From NCBI GenBank assembly GCA_002269645.1, contig NIVC01001207.1, forward strand, positions 23,541-87,540: DNA of 64,000 nt, given 5' to 3'. Every line of letters starts with the position of its first letter. Position 1 is the first letter of the stretch. Made by a program: the position numbers and the translations under genes. Positions 56,752 through 64,000 of this stretch are shown here, in pieces. The stretch comes from Macrostomum lignano. Lineage: Eukaryota. A model generated the notes under the pieces. The model worked only from the letters and a program-made list of their open reading frames with translations. It was not told the DNA's origin and ran no database searches.

Positions 56752-58548
56752 CTAATAATAATAATAATACATAATTAAAATTAGCCTTCGAAATTAGCTT
56801 AACCTAATCTATAAAAAGAAACTCAGAATGACAAATGCAGATAGCTAAATTAAAAAGAGAAAAAAATTGTTTGAATTATTGAATAAAATTAATTTTTTTT
56901 TAAATGGCATGCCTTTTTAATTCTATGTAAGGTATCTACTGTAAACTTAACTGGTTTATTGTCCTAATAAAGCGATACTCCATGATCATGATAGTACTTT
57001 TGAATGCACAAATGTCCAATAGCTAAGTATTTTTAATCATGACATTCAGTCAACAACACAAACAAACCTTTATTAAGAAATATACGGGTCCATAACAGAT
57101 AATCAAATCTATAAGTTCAGTTATAACATTCAATTAGTTCATCAAATTTACTTTTAAATTTTGCTTGTACGGATGTATTATTCATGGAGAATTTTTACGT
57201 TTTGGTTGCAGATTAAATATCTTTTTTGAGATTTCTGGGCAGATGTTTATTAAAATTATGCTATATCAAAATGTGTGAAAAATAAAAAAGCAAGTTCTTT
57301 TCATATTTGGAATGTTTCAATGATGGCTTGGTTAATTTAGTTTCATGGCATCCATTTTGTTGACTTTCTATGACTACAGATATTTTTTGTCAAGTACTTT
57401 TAGTCCCTTTGGCTTTGAGTCGTCAGAACTTACTTTAAGGACACTCTGAGTCTGAACCTACCATTATTTCCGAACCTACTATGATCTAAGAAAAATAATT
57501 ATTTGAAGCAATTACAAGCTTGTAAAAAAAGATCTTACTTACTCTGAATTACTTCGCGTTTGATCCAAATCTATTTAAATAAGCAAAAAAATTTTAAGTG
57601 CTGCGAAAAATAGTCAGGAATGTTGCATATCGAATTTGCGTATCAGAATGCCATGCCATGTAATACAAAAGAGTTTTACATTATATACAGAATCCATTAT
57701 AAATAAGTTATTTAAAATTCATAAACCGACTTTTTGATTACCAATGTTTACTAATTTGTATTTTTGTCTGTATGGTTTGTTTTACACATACACGAAGTTA
57801 AATTTGGAAATTTAAGGAGTCGAATTAACCAATTCTAAACCCAGCAGAATGCGATACGTGCACACAAGCAGCATGATTTGCTGATGTTTCGTAAACCGTA
57901 TCCTAACAAGAATTCAAAAATTAGGCATGAATTCGAAGTGGATGCCATTTAGAACGAACGCGTAATCATGAATGAAATGAATTTCACTGGTGGCAGGTTT
58001 TTGCAGAGAATAGTGACATTGTTTTGGTTTTCCGCCTTTGAATTTGCTTAGGAATTAAGCATGTGCACATTGTGCGGGCTTTGTCCGAGGTTTGATCCAC
58101 AAGCTCACATTTAATGTACGAAGTATGTGTCCATGGACCATCTTTAAGCGTTTGTTAATTTCAGTAAACATTTAGTTATTATATAGAATACTGGCAAATA
58201 TTTATCTTTTTATTGAATTTTGGTATGTGCAATGATCCTAATCCATATTTTTTCATTCGAATAAACACAATTTTAATTTGTCAAGACATTAATTGCATTT
58301 CTCAGACGCTCAGCAGTTCATCAATTTGGAAAGCTGCGTGCAACCTATAGAGGCATATTTTAGTATTTTGGATTCCAGCTGGCAGGGCGCATCATGGATT
58401 TACTCATTAAGGCCTTTGAACTTGACAGCATGTGTTGTGACGCTGTTTTTTACGTTCATACATGTACAGAATGACACATAGACGGACGGTGCCCAATACA
58501 TTTATGTTGACCAATTTTCTAACAGTTCTTGTCATTGTTGGCTTGTTA

Positions 58549-58921
58549 GTCCCTGCTGCGTGCCGCCTTCAAGATCAGCTACGAACGAGTGACCAACGCG
58601 GCTTTGTATCGCCGCGCCGGCCTGCTTCGTCCAAGCGACCTGTTGCGCCGTCGGCGACTCCAGCTGGCAGGCCACATCATCCGCGCCGAGTCGTACTGGC
58701 CAGAGCCGGTGCAGGAGGTGCTGCTGCTAACGCTGCAGGAACCCTACTGGCGGGGGCAGGCGCGCACTCGGCGTTTCGTCGACTGCCTGCTGGCTGACGC
58801 CGGCGCCCCGGATTCGGCCGGCGGCGTGGCGTTCATTCGCGACCTGCTGGCCTTGAAGCGCGCCCTGCATGTGAGTCCGACTGCTAACGCGCCCTGTGAG
58901 TCTGACTGTATTCTGTTGTTG
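58549..58921 (+). mobile_element. 5'-truncated RTE-like LINE 3' end with a 14-bp TSD
   Basis: LLRAAFKISYERVTNAALY...RRRRLQLAGHIIR...RGQARTRRFVDCLLADAG; TSD ttgttggcttgtta at 58535-58548 and 58922-58935. Confidence 0.85.
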
Positions 58922-60102
58922 TTGTTGGCTTGTTACAATTATTACTGTGATATTTACAGTACAGGTAAGTTACGACGGAACTTGTTATGCAATTTCTATC
59001 TGCATTTTGTTTTGTAAAACATTTCTACGAAAAGATTTCGTTAAACGATTTGCAAATACGCAATCAGCCATACTGGAGCATTGTGTTTATAATTGCTAGG
59101 CAAACAGTTTGTCTCTGCATGGCTGCATGAGTATCTAGCGTTAATCAGCTATGCAATTTAAAAATTAATTGCTGCAGCCACCAGGTATGGTTTATTCTTA
59201 TCAAGCATAAACTCCAATTGGCGCTCAGCGAAAACGTATCGAATTAAAATTTGTAAGGTTTGCTAAGTAGCACAGCTGGCTGCGTGAGAGCGCATACTCG
59301 TAGAGCTGATGATGTAGCTAGGGCTTAAGAATGCAAATTTACCATTTTCGAGCTACATTCCAGCTATCATTAATAATGTACTCGCAAATTAATATTTTCA
59401 AGAATGAATATTGCTTTTTTTAAATTGGTGGCTCTTCAAGCGAAACGCAACGTCGCGATCATTGTTTTACTAAGATTAGCTCCGATTTAGCTAAGCGCAG
59501 TTATTCGCTCAAAATTTCTATATTATACAAGCACATTTACATAGAGAGAAAAATTAATAGCTCAAAGTTCGAGCAAGTCCAATCGACCGTGAAATCCAGC
59601 TGCCCCCTCCATTCCAAAAATGAGGGGTTCGATTTGCTGCGCAATTGACTGCATGGCCGTGCGGCCTCCTGTACCGATGAACTCGTGCGAGCTTGGGACG
59701 CCTATAAATCGGCGCCCTCGATCCGAGGTCGCAGTATTTTCGCCTGTTAAAGTATTTGCTTTGCGTTTAACTGTTCAATAAAATCAATAGACAGCTCTAT
59801 GATCGTAAGTTCTCTAGCTGTCCTGTTGTTGTCTGCGCGAGTATCCTTTACACTTAGCAAATCAATCAATCCTTAGTACTCAGCACTGGTCTCAATTCGA
59901 GCATGTACCCTGTAGAACTGTGCTTGTGCAGTATTAGCTAAGCTAATCCACTGCGTTTGGATTTAAGTCTAATTATAGACGCCGAAAATTTTGTACAAGC
60001 CATTCTACAGTGTACATACCGAGTGCTGTAATCGGCGACCGAGATCCTAGCTTCCTAATTTATACCTATAACAGGTGATATAGGCTGGTCATGCCTAACA
60101 GA

Positions 60103-60430
60103 GGGAGTTTGTGGCCTAGCATGGTTAGAGCGTCGGACTCACGACTTAAAGGTCGGGGGTTCGATTCTCGACCTTACTCGGAACAAATGGTGTACTGAGT
60201 AAGACATTTAACTCTGCATTGCTTCAGTTCACCCAGCTGCAAAATGCATGGGTGCCAGCATTAGCTGGTGTACAGTAATTGAGGGTGTGTGTGGCGACCC
60301 CCAGTCCTTGGACTGAACAGCCGTACGCAGGCTTCAGATGCGCCGCGCAATAGCTGCGGCTGAGCTGTTGGTTGCACATCTGCCCATAAGAGCAAGTGTA
60401 TTCAGTTATTAAATATCATTATTATTTAAT
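60103..60430 (+). mobile_element. tRNA-derived SINE
   Basis: Pol III A box tggcctagcatggttagagcg and B box ggttcgattctc, then gagtaagacatttaactct...cacccagctg (resembles conserved central domains of CORE/Meta/Nin-type SINEs), and an (att)-rich tail. Confidence 0.75.
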
Positions 60431-60439
60431 ATTAATATT

Positions 60440-62090
60440 ACTTTTGTATAGAGACGTGTACGCTGACGGCTACGCCAGAGCGGCAGTTGGACTCGGCGCA
60501 CTCAGAGCTGCTCCGTGCATGCGGCTTTCACCCGGCGTCTTCTGGATGCTGGGGTGGCCTTCAAGAAAGTGCGGGCCTTTAAGAAGCGGTCGCTTATCCC
60601 GCACTCTGACCTCTGCCTCAAGGCTCTCGAGGAGTGTGGCGGGCTCAACATCCTCACGGACTCGATCCCAGCCACCCTTCTCCTGAGCCAAAGGTATAAG
60701 GTCACCATTCAGCCTCGACACGAGGCGAGTGACAGCTGGAGCGACTCTGAAGTCCACTGTTACACTGACGGCTCTATGAGGCATGGTCTTTCAGGCTTCG
60801 GAGCTTGCGTCTTCTTCAAGGGAGAAGTGGTGTGGAGCTACTCCCAGCACACTGGGCTCAACTCCAGTGTTTTTCAGAGCGAGGTGCTTGCCATCAGCTC
60901 CTGCGCGGCAGAGCTGCGCCGAAGGCAGCTTAGCGGCCGGAAATTTATTTTTCACTCTGACAGCCAAGCAGCCCTTCGGGCCCTCTGCCGCAGCACCGCC
61001 AGCTCCAGGTCCGTCCTGGACTGCAACACCCAGCTCAACGGGCTTGCGCTAGGCAACCAGGTGGAGCTCAGATGGATCCCGGGCCACGCCGGCTTCCTCG
61101 GCAACGAGCGCGCTGACCTGCTGGCCAAGGCTGGCTCCGCCGGCGCGCTTTTGGGGCCGGGCCCGGGTGCCCCCATCCCCGCCTCGGTGATCAATTCCCG
61201 CGTTAAGCGCTGGGCTGACTCCGAGCATCTCCGCAGGTGGCACGACACCTGGAATTGTAGGCAATCCCGTGCTGCCGTCCCCTGTCCCTCTCCTCTCCTG
61301 CGTAGAGCCTTCCTCAGGCTCAACCGCAAAGACCTCAGAGCAGTTAGCATGGCCCTCTCCGGGCATGGCTGCTTCTCTCACTACCGCTTCCTTCAGGGCC
61401 AAGTACCCGAGGAGCGGTGCCCCTTCTGCCGCTCAGGCAGTGAAAACGCCGAGCATTTTATCTGCCACTGCCCGGTTTTCACCAGGGCCAGGCTTACTCA
61501 CCTCGGGCCAAACCCGGTTCTCTCCGACGTTTGCAGGCCCGAGAGCATCCCGCTGCTCGCCCGGTACCTCAGGGACACCGGACGAGCTGATTTCTTCCCC
61601 ACCGTCGGTGAGGAGGACCGCGCTGCAGGCGAGACCGACGGGTCCCCCTGAGCGACACCACTTCAACGGAAGTCGTTGGTCGCCAGGGGCTAGCGGAATG
61701 GGCGGTCTCCTCCGCCTCCTCGCTGCATCCGCCGGACGCCCCCTGCAGCTAAGTCAAGTAAGTCAAGCATGCGGCTTTTCGAGCTGACGAGAGCGTCGGG
61801 ACCGAGGCCCTGTACGATCGGACCAAGCTGCAGCGTCCGTGCATCATCTTGCCCCGGCTGCGACTTCAACTGGCGGGTCGCGTTATCCGGGCCGAGGACT
61901 ACTGCCCCCAACCTGCTTAGGACGTCCTGCTGCTCACCTTGCAGGGACCGTTCAGGCGGGGTAGGACCGAACCCGTCGACATGTGGACTGCCTGCTATGC
62001 GACGCTGGGGTGCCATATTAACGGGGCGCACTTCGTCCGCTCTCAGGCTCTGCGGCGCGCCATCTGACGCGCCCTGCTCTGACTGTGACC
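60440..62090 (+). mobile_element. Degenerate RTE-like LINE 3' fragment (same group as 58549-58921), split by a younger LINE
   Basis: ETCTLTATPERQLDSAHSELLRA on the left continues after the insertion as AFRADESVGTEALY...RLQLAGRVIRAEDY...VDCLLCDAG. Confidence 0.8.
60529..61766 (+). mobile_element. 5'-truncated I/R1-group (Loa-like) LINE: RNase H + C-terminal zinc finger, (taagtcaag)n tail, 12-bp TSD
   Basis: CYTDGSM, VFQSEVLAI, HSDSQAALRAL, WIPGHAGFLGNERADLLAK and CPFC...AEHFICHC; TSD gcatgcggcttt at 60517-60528 and 61767-61778. Confidence 0.93.
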
Positions 62091-62112
62091 TTATATGTGG
62101 GGCTATATATTT

Positions 62113-64000
62113 TGTTGTTGTTGTTGCTGTTGTTGTTGTTGTTGTTGTTGTTTTTGTTTGCGGTAAGCAATCTCACAGGGGCCGCCAGTCGACGGCTCTC
62201 AGGAGCTGCGACACCATATCACCACGTGCAAAGTCGCTTAGATTAGTGACGCCGATGTTTTGTCTAATTGCTTCGAGCTTAGGGCAGGTCCAGAGGTGGA
62301 ATTGGTCCGGGACAACCAGGCAAAGTCGGCAGGGGCCACCTTCGGTGATGCCTGTGCGGTTGCGATAGTAGTTGGGGTCAGGGCAGTGGCCTGCTCCGTC
62401 CTGCGCCACGAGGACTTGTTGACGGCGTGGTCCCTGATGGAAGGAGATCGGTTTACCATAGACCTCGGCCATGTGCCCCTGAAGGGTTGGGCGGTACTTG
62501 AGATGATGACGGATGCGCTCTTTAGCGGCTGCAAGGGGATAGCGACGTTTGCCTGCGGGACGTTTGCCAGCCGACATTTGCCTGCGGGACGTTTGCCAGC
62601 CGACGTTTGCCAGCCGACGTTTGCCTGCCGGACGTTTGCCAGCCGACGTTTGCCAGCCGACGTTTGCCTGCCGGAAGTTTGCCAGCCAAAATTTGCTAGC
62701 CAATATAAAGCCAGTCAGTGAAAAATTTGATACTGAAATATTCGCAGTTTAGCGGTTTGACAAAAACCATTTTTACTCCAACTTTTTGACGGTTATTCGC
62801 ATGTATACAAGTTTGAAAGCAAAATATATAAATTATGCAGTTCATCAGTCTAACGTCTAATATCTAGTTTAACAACGATTTTGGCACAACATATCAAAAG
62901 ATGAACATTGGGTTTGCCTCGTATGAAAGCAATAAAAATTGTTGTGCTGAAAAGATGAAAACTTCCTATCTCCCTATGGCCTTCAAAACATTTTTCATAG
63001 ATTTCGAGTGCTGCGTACTTCTACTTTAGTAGTCTTTGGCGCGACTAAGCTTTGCATACGTAGTGTCTAGCGCTTGCTATCCTACTAGCTTGCTACTGGC
63101 GGCTTGTCTGGCTATTCAGCTATATAGCTTACTATAAAAACGTACCGCATTCGACTCGTCTACACATGTACGTTGAGATCGCGGTTTCCTGGCTTACTTG
63201 AGTAGTAATACAACAGAATTGGAATCAATTTGCTTACTTTTGGATCTCCCAATGAACTGAGAAATATATGAGCCAGAATTACCGCTCAGCAGCTCTTTTT
63301 GTTTGCCTCATAACTTAATCGCTGGAGATTCCCGTTGTAATCTGCGCGTCTTCTTTCGCACATCAAAAATCAAACATCTCAAACTGGGAAAAACGATACA
63401 CAATTGTCAAAAGTAAACAATATTTTCACATTCAAAGAAAATCGTTGTTAAACTGGATATTAGATGTAAATCTATATAAATTGCATAATTTATATAGATT
63501 TTGCATAAATTGCATAATTTATAGATTTTGCTTTCAAACTTGTATACATGCGAATAACCGTCAAAAAGTTGGAGTAAAAATGGTTTTTGTCAAACCGCTA
63601 AACTGCGAATATTTCAGTATCAAATTTTTCACTGACTGGCTTTATATTGGCTAGCAAATTTTGGCTGGCAAACTTCCGGCAGGCAAACGTCCGACTGGCA
63701 AACGTCCCGCTGGCAAACGTCGGCTGGCAAATGTCGGCTGGCAAACGTCCCGCAGGCAAACGTCGGCTGGCAAACGTCCCGCAGGCAAACGTCGGCTGGC
63801 AAACGTCCCGCAGGCAAACGTCGGCTGGCAAACGTCCTGCAGGCAAACGTCGTAGACCCGCTGCAAGGGATATTTCGGACTCGTCCTGAGGCAGGGTGGC
63901 CGCGAGCTTGGCCTCTGCGTCGACCAGTTCGTTTCCGGGCACTTCCGAATGTCCCGGAACCCATTGCAGGGTAATCTTCGTGTGCATGGCTGCGCTAGCG
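62113..64000 (-). mobile_element. Second RNase H-type LINE 3' region (continues beyond the window end), split by a foldback element
   Basis: ITLQWVPGHSEVPGNELVDAEAK...EISLAA at 64000-63860 joins AKERIRHHLKY...CRLC...HLWTCP at 62535-62173; probable (caa)n tail at 62160-62113. Confidence 0.8.
62536..63859. mobile_element. Non-autonomous foldback-type DNA transposon: about 350-420-bp inverted arms, GGG...CCC termini, 8-9-bp TSD
   Basis: The arms are reverse complements (tandem gacgtttgccagcc units, then ccaatataaagccagtcag...aacaacgatttt). gctgcaag(g) is duplicated at 62528 and 63860; removing the element restores the host LINE reading frame. Confidence 0.93.

Noticed and set aside
59252-59852. 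Possible solo LTR (tgtaagg ... cctttaca, with a TATA-like ctataaat and aataaa)
   Set aside because: No matching 4-6-bp TSD at the candidate ends and no second copy in the window; unsupported without a genome search.
60103-60180. Genuine tRNA gene
   Set aside because: A and B boxes are present but there is no convincing acceptor stem or terminator, and it continues into a SINE body and tail.

Overview
Animal (eukaryotic) genomic DNA with GT-AG introns and very dense mini- and microsatellites and transposon relics. The style suggests a repeat-rich invertebrate such as the flatworm Macrostomum; that is an inference, not shown by the sequence. Host genes I could reconstruct exon by exon: (1) a 3-exon type II membrane TNF-family ligand (minus, 14596-15751); (2,3) two tandem paralogous type I membrane proteins (25534-29118, 32427-35229) that join a neuroglian/L1CAM cytoplasmic tail (FIGDY / FIGEY ankyrin-binding motif) to an atypical single-exon ectodomain; (4) a 14-exon GABA-B-like class C GPCR (39737-46459); (5) IFT74 (minus, 50578-56751). 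Mobile DNA: an intron-containing pogo/Fot1-type transposase that appears to splice in frame onto an OTU protease exon (1037-7629), two Ty3/gypsy relics, three GGG...CCC foldback-type elements, a hAT MITE, a TA-flanked MITE, a tRNA-derived SINE, and a nest of LINE fragments at 58.5-64 kb with clean target-site duplications. Best leads: the transposase-OTU fusion, the L1-tail receptors with an unexplained ectodomain, and IFT74 intronic minisatellites built from CAG|GT splice-junction motifs.
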